Assembly (NCBI GenBank): GCA_038062675.1
Contig: JBBTWP010000001.1
Location: 186,059-250,058 of the forward strand
Source: Patescibacteria group bacterium
GTDB lineage: Bacteria; Patescibacteriota; Minisyncoccia; Phycocordibacterales; UBA1550
Length of the DNA stretch: 64,000 bases
Reading direction: 5' to 3'
Part shown: in pieces, positions 10,654 to 20,411 of the stretch
Layout: the number at the start of each line of letters is the position of its first letter
How positions within the stretch are numbered: position 1 is the first letter of the stretch
The notes under the pieces: generated by a model
Seen by the model: only the letters and a program-made list of their open reading frames with translations
What the model was told of the DNA's origin: nothing
Databases searched by the model: none
Program-made: the position numbers and the translations under genes

Positions 10654-10676
10654 CCCTTCACTATGAAGGGTTTTTT
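10654..10676 (+). terminator. rho-independent terminator
   Basis: cccttcactatgaaggg hairpin followed by tttttt. Confidence 0.65.
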
Positions 10677-10975
10677 AGTAAAATAAACTTTCGTGCCGCC
10701 AACAAAAAGAAAATCATCCCGATTGCCATAAGAGGACTATGAGGATCGAGCCACAATTTGGGAGCATTTGGAAACAAGTTTAAGCGCGTAAAGAAAATCA
10801 CCCACCCCAAGGCTGCGGCATTAAAAAATACGCCCCAGATTACCGGCTTGAGAGCAGCGCCGACGCGACCACCGATAGAATTTTTAAGATCAAAGAAAAT
10901 CATCGCTGCAATAACCGCCACCAAGATGCCGGTAATTTCAACAAGAAGTTCAGGAGAAATGATTGATTGTTCCAT
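10661..10975 (-). CDS. small integral membrane protein
   Basis: 104 aa with three hydrophobic segments. Confidence 0.45.
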   Translation of the reverse strand: MEQSIISPELLVEITGILVAVIAAMIFFDLKNSIGGRVGAALKPVIWGVFFNAAALGWVIFFTRLNLFPNAPKLWLDPHSPLMAIGMIFFLLAARKFILLKNPS

Positions 10976-11137
10976 ATGATAGTCTGATATTTTACTCTTT
11001 TAGTATACTTCACTTTTACAAAAATGAAAAATGCTCCAAAGGCGCAGAAACTTCCATCTTTACACTAAACTTGCCGAATCCTCGATAATGCGAACGAAGA
11101 ACTTTTTATCATACTGTACATAATGCATTTATGGTGT

Positions 11138-13240
11138 TTATCTTAAAAATATAACATCTATGCTTCCATCCCCGAAAAACTCCTCGCCTTCAGCAACTGC
11201 CGGCCTTGAACCCGCACCCCCTTGCTCTTGGTGTGACGAGGCGACAACTCCCGCTTTTCGCAAGTCAGCAAACAAAAGTTCTCGCTCTTCGTCCATTGCC
11301 ATATCTATTTGATACGTAAGCATCTGTCTAATGTTTTTATCAAAGCCAACCGTACCAACATAAATCAATCCCCCTTCCTTGGTCGTCAGATTTGTCCTCC
11401 AAAAACGTACATGATGGCGCTGTCCTACCGCTCCTGCGCTCGCAGCCTTCTCAAATCCAATCGTATGTGTTTCATTATTCCAAAACGATGGCGCAAGGGG
11501 TGCTTCCAGATATTCCTTACCCAAGAAAGCCGCTCTCAAAAAACCACCAGCAGAGCCTATGGTCAAATCATCCGCGCGCGACCATCCCGCTTTCGTGACC
11601 GCATCCACGAGACCCTGCTCGCTGTCCGTCACAACAATAACATTGATCGGTTCACGACTATTCCCCACAAGGGTCTCGGTTTGGTACGGCAATCCGTATT
11701 CAAGAAATGCACTCACAATATTCTTGCCCACCACCTGTGGTTTTTCTTTTAAAAATACCTGACTCGCCGGATGATACCATGTTGCCATGACGACATAAAA
11801 GAGGAAAGCCCCTGCCACCAGCACCCACGAGATAATCTTCCTGCTTCGTGGAGAAATTGTCGCGTTGCCCCAATTCTTTTCCGTTGCAACAAGCCATTTT
11901 GATACACTAATAGCAATAATGAGCCAAAGGGCACCCAAGAGATACCCGCCCCATACATCACTCAAAAAATGCACTCCTAAATAAAGTCGACTGAAACCAA
12001 TAGCCAAAATTACCAGTATTGTAGCAAAAAGAATATTCGCTCTGCGTTTCCAGTTTGTGGCGTCATGTTGCCAGAGAGCATACGCAAGGAATCCGTAAAA
12101 CGCAACCGCGATAGTGGCGTGACCACTTGGAAATGAAAATGATTTTTCCACATACGCCGCCACCTCGGGTCGTGGTCGATGCACCGCCAGCTTGCCAAAG
12201 AAATTTACCGCTTCACTCCCCAAGAGCGCAACCCAAAAAGGAATGACGTACATGCGCTTGTTCCATATCCATAAAAGTATTGACGCAACAAACGTAAAAA
12301 ATAGCACCACCTGCCATTTACCCAACAAGGTAATCCAAAGGAAAACTTGCGTCAGACCATCGTCGCGGAAGGCAAACAGGAGATTGGCAATGCGCATGTC
12401 TAGAACAACAACAACATCTGAAACCACCACATCTTGAACAATTCCCAAAAAAAGCACGAGCACATAGAAAAATGCAACAGACAAAAGCGTGAGGGTCATA
12501 CCAGTAAAACGATTGCGTGCAAAGCGCGCGGATAAAAATACACTGAATTGCGGATACTTTTTTACAAATTGAATACTGTACGGATGTGCGAAAACAATCT
12601 TCTTAAGTGAAGAAAGCATTTGTGACAAAAACTCGACCACTGGTCGACTCTTTTTGATAATAATCCACATTAAAAGCGCCACTAAAAGCCCAACAACTAT
12701 CACGAGACCCGCGCGCGAAATCCACGCCTCGGCAGAATGAAGAATCTCTCCAAAGAAATAGCCAAGGGAGACATGAGCGACCGCCCACAGCACGCCCCCC
12801 GAGATATTCCATAAAAGAAACGTCCGCTGTTTCATTTTGGACAAACCAGCAATAAACGGTACAATTGAGCGAATAGGTCCAACAAAACGACCGAAAAAGA
12901 TACTCTTGGGTCCATGCCGTGCAAAAAAAGCCTCTCCACGTTCTAGATGAGCAAGCTTCAGGAATTTATTTTCATTTCTAAAAAACTTAGTCCCTTTAGT
13001 CCCTAGCCAATAACTAATACTATCTCCCAAAATGGCTCCAACTGCTGCAAACCATATCAAATCGCCAATATCCAAATACCCCTTCGCGGACAAAACTCCA
13101 GCAAACACCACAATAGTCGCGCCCGGAACAAATGACCCGACGAATGCGAGGGATTCGAGGAGTGCCACAAAAAAAACAATCCAGTATCCAAAAACACCGA
13201 CATGCTCGAGGGTTGGCAACAAATTGTTGATAATATCCAT
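11138..13240 (-). CDS. DedA-family / PAP2 phosphatase fusion membrane protein
   Basis: N-terminal DedA/SNARE-associated region. PAP2 motifs KLAVHRPRP, FPSGHAT and SRLYLGVHFLSDV. Soluble C-terminal domain. Confidence 0.75.
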   Translation of the reverse strand: MDIINNLLPTLEHVGVFGYWIVFFVALLESLAFVGSFVPGATIVVFAGVLSAKGYLDIGDLIWFAAVGAILGDSISYWLGTKGTKFFRNENKFLKLAHLERGEAFFARHGPKSIFFGRFVGPIRSIVPFIAGLSKMKQRTFLLWNISGGVLWAVAHVSLGYFFGEILHSAEAWISRAGLVIVVGLLVALLMWIIIKKSRPVVEFLSQMLSSLKKIVFAHPYSIQFVKKYPQFSVFLSARFARNRFTGMTLTLLSVAFFYVLVLFLGIVQDVVVSDVVVVLDMRIANLLFAFRDDGLTQVFLWITLLGKWQVVLFFTFVASILLWIWNKRMYVIPFWVALLGSEAVNFFGKLAVHRPRPEVAAYVEKSFSFPSGHATIAVAFYGFLAYALWQHDATNWKRRANILFATILVILAIGFSRLYLGVHFLSDVWGGYLLGALWLIIAISVSKWLVATEKNWGNATISPRSRKIISWVLVAGAFLFYVVMATWYHPASQVFLKEKPQVVGKNIVSAFLEYGLPYQTETLVGNSREPINVIVVTDSEQGLVDAVTKAGWSRADDLTIGSAGGFLRAAFLGKEYLEAPLAPSFWNNETHTIGFEKAASAGAVGQRHHVRFWRTNLTTKEGGLIYVGTVGFDKNIRQMLTYQIDMAMDEERELLFADLRKAGVVASSHQEQGGAGSRPAVAEGEEFFGDGSIDVIFLR

Positions 13241-13342
13241 ATAAAATAATCCCTGCTTTCAGAGTGAAAACAATTCAAAGAGTATACCATAAAACAAAGA
13301 GAAATTTCTTTTGCTGCTGAGCACTAGGTTGTGCATTGAAAT

Positions 13343-13378
13343 TAGAAACACCGCGACCCTTTAAAGAGTTCGCGGTGT
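13343..13378 (-). terminator. hairpin terminator downstream of PEP-CTERM gene
   Basis: aacaccgcgac...tcgcggtgtt hairpin with T-rich flank. Confidence 0.4.
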
Positions 13379-13401
13379 TGTTTTCCTTCCATTTCAAGTT
13401 A

Positions 13402-14241
13402 TCAAACCACCCGTGCCGGAGACCGCTTGCGACGGAATGATGTCCACCCCATCAGCCCGAGACCAAGACCAAGCAATGCTACTGATGCTGGTTCTGGAAC
13501 CGCAGTTGAAGGGTCAGTTGGAGCTCCTCCGTTGATATCGAACGTTCCTGAGCCGGAAGCATCAAAATAACTAATGATTCCGGTCATACTCATGGGACCA
13601 TACTGAGCGGCACGTCCGTCAATCGAGGCCTGTTGTTGTTCCACTGTACACGACGGTGGACAATTTACACTAAAGCCTCTAGCAGGGATAATGCCAACCA
13701 ATGCATCGAATAATGTACTTGGCGGACCGGAAGTGCCAAATGTGTCATCGCCACCGCCAAATACATCGTCGCTGCCAAAATCAATCCCCCACATGCTCAC
13801 CGCAGAGTAACCATACCCGCCTCGTTCTTCAACTTGAAGAACATTGAGCGGATCGGTACTGCTTGCGCTAAACCGGAGGTTGTTCACCCGAAGGAGATCC
13901 CCTTCGCCAAGAGCAAGGAAGCCAAAGTATGGCACTCCACCTTGCTGCTCTTCGAATGGTGCCCCTGGATTCGCCATGCAATTCCACGAATAAAACGATG
14001 TGGAAAGAATATCGCACGACGAAACACTTCCTCCTGCCTGAAAATACTCAGGCGTTCCGGAAGTGCCACCAGTTGACGCTCCTGCATACAACGCGTTCAG
14101 AGCAACAGGACCCGCTCCCGTCAAACCCAAAGAAGTGGGTCCGACAAACGGGGTCACAGTGATAGCGATTGCATGCGCCGGAATACTCAAGAAACTTCCG
14201 AGCGCAAACAACACACCCCACATCCACACACGTATTTTCAT
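13402..14241 (-). CDS. secreted PEP-CTERM domain protein
   Basis: N-terminal signal peptide MKIRVWMWGVLFALGSFLSIPAHA. C-terminal VPEPASVALLGLGLGLMGW + RRKR sorting signal. Confidence 0.7.
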   Translation of the reverse strand: MKIRVWMWGVLFALGSFLSIPAHAIAITVTPFVGPTSLGLTGAGPVALNALYAGASTGGTSGTPEYFQAGGSVSSCDILSTSFYSWNCMANPGAPFEEQQGGVPYFGFLALGEGDLLRVNNLRFSASSTDPLNVLQVEERGGYGYSAVSMWGIDFGSDDVFGGGDDTFGTSGPPSTLFDALVGIIPARGFSVNCPPSCTVEQQQASIDGRAAQYGPMSMTGIISYFDASGSGTFDINGGAPTDPSTAVPEPASVALLGLGLGLMGWTSFRRKRSPARVV

Positions 14242-14359
14242 AAAACCTCCTTGGTTGAACCTGAAACTTACAAGGTACTGCTATTTCCCTAATATATAAG
14301 CATACCTTTTAGAAAAAAGCAAGCTTTACGAAACCTATTGTTTTTCAGACTTTTTAAAA

Positions 14360-15082
14360 CTATGCTACTAAAGTTCCCACAATTTCGCCACGCGTGATAC
14401 GTTTTATGTTGCCTCGAGAAAGGAGGTCAAAAATACGAATCGGCAGTTTATTGTCCATAGCAAGCGATATCGCCGCATTGTCCATGACCGAGATATGTTC
14501 GTTTTTAATGGCATCCATATGAGAAAGAGTTTCGTACTTTACCGCATCAGGATGTTTTTTGGGGTCTTTAGAATATACACCATCAACTTTTGTCGCCTTG
14601 AGCACAATGTCGCACCCCAGCTCGAGCGCAGTAGAGACCGCAGCTGTGTCGGTGGTAACGAATGGGTTCCCTGTTCCCCCTCCAATAATAACCACGCGTC
14701 CTTTTTCAAGGTGGCGGATTGCGCGACGACGGATGTAGGGCTCTGCGACAGAATCGATACGAATACGGGTTTGGAGACGCGCAGGCTGACCAAAATGCTC
14801 GAGGATATCAACGAGTGCCATACCGTTCATAACCGTTGCAAGCATTCCCATATAGTCCGCCGTCGCGCGCTCAATCATTGCTTCATTTTTTGAAAGTGTT
14901 GCCCCGCGTAGAAAGTTCCCGCCGCCAACAACGATAACAATCTGCACTTTTGTTTCCACCACAACTTCATGCAACTCCTTTGCCAAGTCAAGCAAGAAGT
15001 CGGTATCGATACCAAACGATTGTTTGCCGGCAAATTGTTCCCCTGAAAGTTTGAGAAGGATTCTTTTAGGAGATGATGGCAT
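14360..15082 (-). CDS. pyrH: UMP kinase
   Basis: ILLKLSGE N-terminus and amino-acid-kinase fold motifs. Confidence 0.9.
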   Translation of the reverse strand: MPSSPKRILLKLSGEQFAGKQSFGIDTDFLLDLAKELHEVVVETKVQIVIVVGGGNFLRGATLSKNEAMIERATADYMGMLATVMNGMALVDILEHFGQPARLQTRIRIDSVAEPYIRRRAIRHLEKGRVVIIGGGTGNPFVTTDTAAVSTALELGCDIVLKATKVDGVYSKDPKKHPDAVKYETLSHMDAIKNEHISVMDNAAISLAMDNKLPIRIFDLLSRGNIKRITRGEIVGTLVA

Positions 15083-15095
15083 GTTATTAGAATTT

Positions 15096-15977
15096 TTATT
15101 GCTGACTGACCAAAGGAACAGTAGTCTTGCTGGTCATGGCGCGAGCGACAAGTTCCGGAGAAAATCCCTGCGGAGGGGTGCCGGTGCGAGCGTACTCATA
15201 AAGTGCCATTTTGAAAATAGCGCTGAGTGATGAAAAAACAATACTCAGAATCACGACATAGAGAACGAATACTACCCCCACACCAATAGCAACTCGCACA
15301 TCACCTGCAAGCACAACGGCGCCAATGCTTGCCAGAAAACCGAGAAGAATAAGATGTGACGAGACGAGCCCAACGCCTACATTGCCAATAATGGTTTCTC
15401 CCCATGTTTTACGAATCATGGTAGCAGACTCTTTGAATGAGCCAGCGACGCTCATGTTTCCAACTACAATAAGCGGGAGGCTGAAATACGTGAGCAAATT
15501 CCATGCTGCCCCAAACAGAAATGCGACAATTTTTCCAATAAGTTCTGAACGATCCGCTATTGCGCGGAGCAGGACTCCGACTGTTGCCGAAATGCAGGAC
15601 CAAATAAAAATAGCACCAACGCGATGCAAGCTACCCCGTACACCGTCCATGAATGACAGGTCTTGTCCCGACATGCGTGCATGCGCAATAATAAAAATAC
15701 ATGCTTCAAAAAAATAGATGATGAAACACAAGATGATGTAGTAGCCGAGAAGTACGAGATAATGCCATGCGCTGGTAGCAGCTTGTTCGGGCGGGAGTGT
15801 TCCAATATCACTCAGACTTACGCCAAGAATCGCAAAAACGTATATTAATCCCATAATGCAGAGCGCAACACCCGTAGTGATCGCTGAAACGACCGGAAAC
15901 AACATGATCTCCTTGTCTTGTTTCAAGATTGCCCACGACTGTCGCACAATAGCGAGGCTCGTTGCAAACTTCCCCAT
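15096..15977 (-). CDS. polytopic membrane protein, unknown function
   Basis: Multiple TM helices. Start placed at internal MGKFATSL; the upstream extension is uncertain. Confidence 0.5.
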   Translation of the reverse strand: MGKFATSLAIVRQSWAILKQDKEIMLFPVVSAITTGVALCIMGLIYVFAILGVSLSDIGTLPPEQAATSAWHYLVLLGYYIILCFIIYFFEACIFIIAHARMSGQDLSFMDGVRGSLHRVGAIFIWSCISATVGVLLRAIADRSELIGKIVAFLFGAAWNLLTYFSLPLIVVGNMSVAGSFKESATMIRKTWGETIIGNVGVGLVSSHLILLGFLASIGAVVLAGDVRVAIGVGVVFVLYVVILSIVFSSLSAIFKMALYEYARTGTPPQGFSPELVARAMTSKTTVPLVSQQ

Positions 15978-16111
15978 TTTGACCGGCTGCGTTGGTGTAA
16001 TTGGTGGCATAATAGTATACTCACATACTATCATATTTGCGCACAAAAGGGCTACGCGTGCATTATGATTAAAAAAACCGCCGGTCGTTTGACTGGCGGC
16101 TCTGAAAACTA

Positions 16112-16963
16112 CTACACAAGAACTTCACGAAGAATTTTATTTACGTATGCCATTGATGTATCACCCGTGAGGACAACATCAAATGTATCTTCGTTGAGTT
16201 TGAGATTTTTATCAGTTGTTTCATTGAAAAATGAAATGCTCAACAGATTGTGGTAATCAAACCCCTGCACCATGCCAATATCACTCGGACTATCACCAAG
16301 AAGGATGACATTTTTTCGGTTCTTGATGGCATCAAATGCAGGATAATCTCGAATTGCGGTCTCGTACTTGTTGAGTGAGTGAATGATGGGCTCACGAAGT
16401 GCGGTTGCTCGCCCTGCACTATCCCACTCGTACACATTAGAGATAATGTGTACGTTGTCAGTCAGTTTTCCTGCGTGCTCCAGATAAAGACTAACCCCAT
16501 CAACGCCAAGCCCACTTGCTGACATGATAACAAGAGGAACATTATGTGCATTGAGCACATCGGCAAATTCAGAAAACTCCTCACGCAATCGAACTTTACC
16601 GGACGAAACTACTTTCTCAAGATCGCTCTTGTTAAGCCCAGATTCAATCAAGAGTTTTGCGTGCATGCGCCACCACTCATCCATCGCTTTCCACTTTTCC
16701 GCAAAAGGGACAGTGGGGTCGATTTCAATAGCATGATATTTGTCAAAAAGTGCGTGAGCGTTTTCTGTATAGTCCGGTGTCAAATAATTGCCATCACGCA
16801 ACACTGAGATGAGCGATGGTACGCTTTTGCCATCGACAAATGCGGTCGTAAGGGTGCGGTCAAAATCTGCTAATACGTGCAGATTTTCAGCGCCACCCTC
16901 GCGGATAACCTTCAATATTTCGTCGAAATGTTCGGGGTTTCGTATGATAATTTCTTTTTGCAT
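16112..16963 (-). CDS. HAD-superfamily pyrimidine 5'-nucleotidase (UMPH-1/cN-III-like)
   Basis: HAD motif I ADFDRTLT and overall resemblance to cytosolic 5'-nucleotidase III. Confidence 0.65.
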   Translation of the reverse strand: MQKEIIIRNPEHFDEILKVIREGGAENLHVLADFDRTLTTAFVDGKSVPSLISVLRDGNYLTPDYTENAHALFDKYHAIEIDPTVPFAEKWKAMDEWWRMHAKLLIESGLNKSDLEKVVSSGKVRLREEFSEFADVLNAHNVPLVIMSASGLGVDGVSLYLEHAGKLTDNVHIISNVYEWDSAGRATALREPIIHSLNKYETAIRDYPAFDAIKNRKNVILLGDSPSDIGMVQGFDYHNLLSISFFNETTDKNLKLNEDTFDVVLTGDTSMAYVNKILREVLV

Positions 16964-17116
16964 AGGGTGTCCTCTTTTGTTTGGTTGAACATCTATTCCA
17001 CACAGTACTATTTTCGATCAATTTAGTAAAGACCGTGTGCTGGAATGTGTAACACCTTTTCGATTTATTTAAGGATACAATTTGTTTTTTACAGACAGTA
17101 ATTTTCTGTAAATAAA

Positions 17117-17150
17117 AGCCCTCTGTTTTGAACAGAGGGCGTAGAGGGAA
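17117..17150 (-). terminator. rho-independent terminator
   Basis: gccctctgttcaaaacagagggc hairpin followed by a T-rich tract on the minus strand. Confidence 0.55.
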
Positions 17151-17155
17151 ACGAT

Positions 17156-17464
17156 TTATGAAATAGTGTACGCTCCTTTTGGTCCATCAAGTTTTTGGTC
17201 CCACTCAGGGTAATCACCTTCGGGAATATGACCAGTCCACATAATGACAACAAAACTGTAAACATATGTAGAACGTGTCACTTTTCCAACACTGATCTCA
17301 CTGTTTTTAGCTTGCGGAAATGTTTTTCTAAGCAAACGGGCCATTCTTGCGATGGCAGTGAGGCTTGAATCGTAGTCCTTAAGCAAGTGAACATTTGCGC
17401 ATCTCTCTCCCTCTTTGTTTCTGGGCAGGTCGTTTCTCCAATAGATGTACTGATAGGTCGCCAT
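17156..17464 (-). CDS. hypothetical protein
   Basis: 102-aa ORF with a terminator downstream. Confidence 0.4.
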   Translation of the reverse strand: MATYQYIYWRNDLPRNKEGERCANVHLLKDYDSSLTAIARMARLLRKTFPQAKNSEISVGKVTRSTYVYSFVVIMWTGHIPEGDYPEWDQKLDGPKGAYTIS

Positions 17465-17564
17465 GAATTTCCTCCTGATGAATGGTTGTGTATAAATCCA
17501 CTAACATTTACTCTGAAATATACAATACACTATCAAGTGCATTTTGTCAACTAGCCTTGGGTAT

Positions 17565-19061
17565 TTAACGACTCTGCAACACTCGAAAAATCTCTACCAT
17601 AGCTAGGGTGTCGAGTGCGCAGTATTTGAGGAGGTTTGTTTTAGAGATTTCAATTTCGTCCGCAGTCATCTCGCCCTTAATCATCTTTTCCCATTCACTG
17701 AGTGCCATGGTGCCGTTTTGGATATCGAGACTTTTGTACGAGAGCTCGGGGAGGAGTACGGGAAGCACTTTTTTGATCGAGGCACTCCCTTGGAAGTCGG
17801 GGTGTTGGTAGTCGTCCTTAAACACTTTCATCAAATCAAAGATTCTGTTGTTGATGTCCTGCAAGAATTCACGGTGTTCAGGGTGGAGTTCAGCAAGCTC
17901 GATATTCCTTCCCTTTTCAAAACTTTCGTACCATACGATGACGCTACCGGTTGGACTAATGTGTGTTCGCAACATCTCAACGAGTCCGCTTGTTGCATTT
18001 TCAAGTTGGTCGGCCAGATATTCAAAATGAGTAAGCGTGCCATCAGCGTCAAGTCTGTGCACAGAGACTTGGAACACGATCTGTTGATTGGTTTTGTAGC
18101 CGTCGAGAAGCGGGATGGGGGTGCCGTATGTTTCGTAGTCGAGAAAATAGAGTGGAAAAACGAGCTGGGAGAAAGTCTTGCGAATTGCAGTGCGGTTGAT
18201 TATGGGTGAGCCTGTTTTTTGAAGGGTTACTTTATTGCGCTGAATGTCGGTGAGGTCAAAATCTTCGGGAATGTCATGGATTTCAAGAATATCTTGATCA
18301 AGGAGAAGTTTGAGTTTATTTCCCTGCACAATGTGGTGCACTGAGTATTCGGGAACCTGTGGATTGAACTTAAAAAAACAATCACAGCGTTGTCCGTGGC
18401 TTTTGTAGAGACAACTACACTCTGCGAGTGAGATATCGTCTTGTTTGAGGAGCGTAAGTGCACGGGCGATCTCTTCGCGTACCTCCTCTTTTTCTTCGCG
18501 GATGCGCTCGGTGACATTTTCGACGATAAAAAGTTGTCTGATGTCCACCTCTCCCCTCCGGCGGTATTCTTTGTTGATGTAAATGATGTAGCTATCCCCT
18601 ACTTTCACCCCCGCGTCTTCCGCCACAATCGTCTGAAAACCAACATCTTTTATGTGGTTGTGCTTAAGGTCAGTTTTTATTTCTGAACTCGCTTTTATTT
18701 CATAGATATCCCACGCGTGTGTTTCTTGATTGAAATCCAAAACATCTATTTTTGCAAAGAGTCCGTCGGCGGTTTCAAACGTCGCCTGGAAAATGGGTTT
18801 GTCGCCACGCAAAAGTTCCTGTGTACGCGCAAGGAGTGTCTCTTTGTTCCCGGACACTGCGACACCGTCGGGGAAAAGTTTCTGCACATACTCCTCCACT
18901 TCGTAACCATCTTTAATGAGTTTTTGCAGGAACAACGAAAACTCACCGGGGGTGTATTCCTCGGGGCGTTTTTTCTTGAGCCACAAACACTTGTCGCACA
19001 AGAGAAATTCTTTAAAATCTGTTTTGGTGAGGGTCATGATGATGTGTGTTTTATGGTTCAT
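17565..19061 (-). CDS. DUF2779-like protein with Cas4/RecB-type PD-(D/E)xK nuclease features
   Basis: Cys clusters LLCDKCLWL and CSCLYKSHGQRCDCFF (Cas4-like Fe-S). C-terminal DUF2779-like region. The true start may be the internal Met at about 19037. Confidence 0.6.
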   Translation of the reverse strand: MNHKTHIIMTLTKTDFKEFLLCDKCLWLKKKRPEEYTPGEFSLFLQKLIKDGYEVEEYVQKLFPDGVAVSGNKETLLARTQELLRGDKPIFQATFETADGLFAKIDVLDFNQETHAWDIYEIKASSEIKTDLKHNHIKDVGFQTIVAEDAGVKVGDSYIIYINKEYRRRGEVDIRQLFIVENVTERIREEKEEVREEIARALTLLKQDDISLAECSCLYKSHGQRCDCFFKFNPQVPEYSVHHIVQGNKLKLLLDQDILEIHDIPEDFDLTDIQRNKVTLQKTGSPIINRTAIRKTFSQLVFPLYFLDYETYGTPIPLLDGYKTNQQIVFQVSVHRLDADGTLTHFEYLADQLENATSGLVEMLRTHISPTGSVIVWYESFEKGRNIELAELHPEHREFLQDINNRIFDLMKVFKDDYQHPDFQGSASIKKVLPVLLPELSYKSLDIQNGTMALSEWEKMIKGEMTADEIEISKTNLLKYCALDTLAMVEIFRVLQSR

Positions 19062-19103
19062 TATATCATGTCTGCGCTTGTGGATGGGGTTGTTAATTCT
19101 TGA

Positions 19104-20348
19104 CTACAAAAACAACAAATTGTGCTCTATGTTGTCTGCTTCTGTTCCGATTTTTTCTTGTTTGAGTGCCTGCTGTGTGGAAGCAAGGTATACAACACGC
19201 TTGCCGAGCTTGTCCTCAAGGATATCGATCTGCTTGTGTATTGCGCTAAACTTTTCAGCTTTTTTTGTGTCACCAAATAGATCACGCTGTGAGGTGTAAT
19301 TCTGGAGAAGGTCATGAAGGGTGACGCCGGCGGTGCGGTACCGTGTATTTTTGTTGTGTATGGAATCAAATTTTTCATGCGCAAGAGTGGCAAGGATTTC
19401 GGGTGAGTTTGATGGCGACGAAAGTGGTATGGTGCCCGTTACTATTTTGAAGTCAGTTGTTTTGAGAAAAATAGAGAATTTTTTGGGGACCAGATTGTAG
19501 TGGCGTGCTTTCATGCACGCATCTTCCAAGTGCTTTGAGATTTGTGACCAGAGAAAAGTCTTGTCGCTGGTCACAGGATGAAAGGTTCGTGTCTTTTGTA
19601 TCGACGAGTAAGCAGCTTTTGTTTTGACATCGACGTCCATAAGGGATGTTCCGTGGAGTTCCTGCCAAATAGTCACATACGGTTTTGAGAGGTTTTGCTC
19701 CACCCATGCCAGCTCTTTCATGGTAAAATCAAACGCTGTGTGCACACCCCATCTCATGAGATGCTCGGAAGTTTTTGGGCCAATACCCCATACTTTGTTG
19801 ATGGGTATTTTTTTGAGAAATGTTGGCGCGGTGGCTGTTTCAATGATGGTTAGCCCGTTTGGCTTTACCCAGTTTGAGGCAACTTTTGCAAGCACCTTTG
19901 TGGGGGCGAGACCAATCGATACCGAAATGCAAAGCTCACTTTGTATTTCATTCTTGATCTGCTCGGCTATCTGGAGGTAGGGCATCTTGAGTGTTCGGTC
20001 GAGTCCAGTAAAGTCGGCAAAGCATTCGTCGATGCTGTACTCTTCTACGCCATATGCGTAGCGGTTGACGATGGCAAACATCATGTCTGAATATTGAACA
20101 TAGGAACGATAGTCTCCGGGAAGAATGACTACATTGGGAAAGTCTTGTTTAATTTTGAATATCGGCATTCCTCGCGTGACGCCAAGCGCCTTTGCTTCGT
20201 AGGAAAGCGCCGAAGCAATCCCCCGCTCCTCGCCGGTGACGACGGGCAGCCCTTTTAGTTTTGGATTTTTTGCAACCTCGACACCCACGAAAAAAGCATC
20301 ACCATCGATGTGGAAAATAACTTTTTCTTTTTTTATTGCGGTGCTCAT
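19104..20348 (-). CDS. dinB: DNA polymerase IV (Y-family)
   Basis: FHIDGDAFFVGVE and SIDECFADFTG catalytic motifs. Confidence 0.85.
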   Translation of the reverse strand: MSTAIKKEKVIFHIDGDAFFVGVEVAKNPKLKGLPVVTGEERGIASALSYEAKALGVTRGMPIFKIKQDFPNVVILPGDYRSYVQYSDMMFAIVNRYAYGVEEYSIDECFADFTGLDRTLKMPYLQIAEQIKNEIQSELCISVSIGLAPTKVLAKVASNWVKPNGLTIIETATAPTFLKKIPINKVWGIGPKTSEHLMRWGVHTAFDFTMKELAWVEQNLSKPYVTIWQELHGTSLMDVDVKTKAAYSSIQKTRTFHPVTSDKTFLWSQISKHLEDACMKARHYNLVPKKFSIFLKTTDFKIVTGTIPLSSPSNSPEILATLAHEKFDSIHNKNTRYRTAGVTLHDLLQNYTSQRDLFGDTKKAEKFSAIHKQIDILEDKLGKRVVYLASTQQALKQEKIGTEADNIEHNLLFL

Positions 20349-20411
20349 CTATTGCATTACTTTAATACGTTATTTGAGAGTACCGAAAAATGTTTTGTAG
20401 TCAACAGCTCT

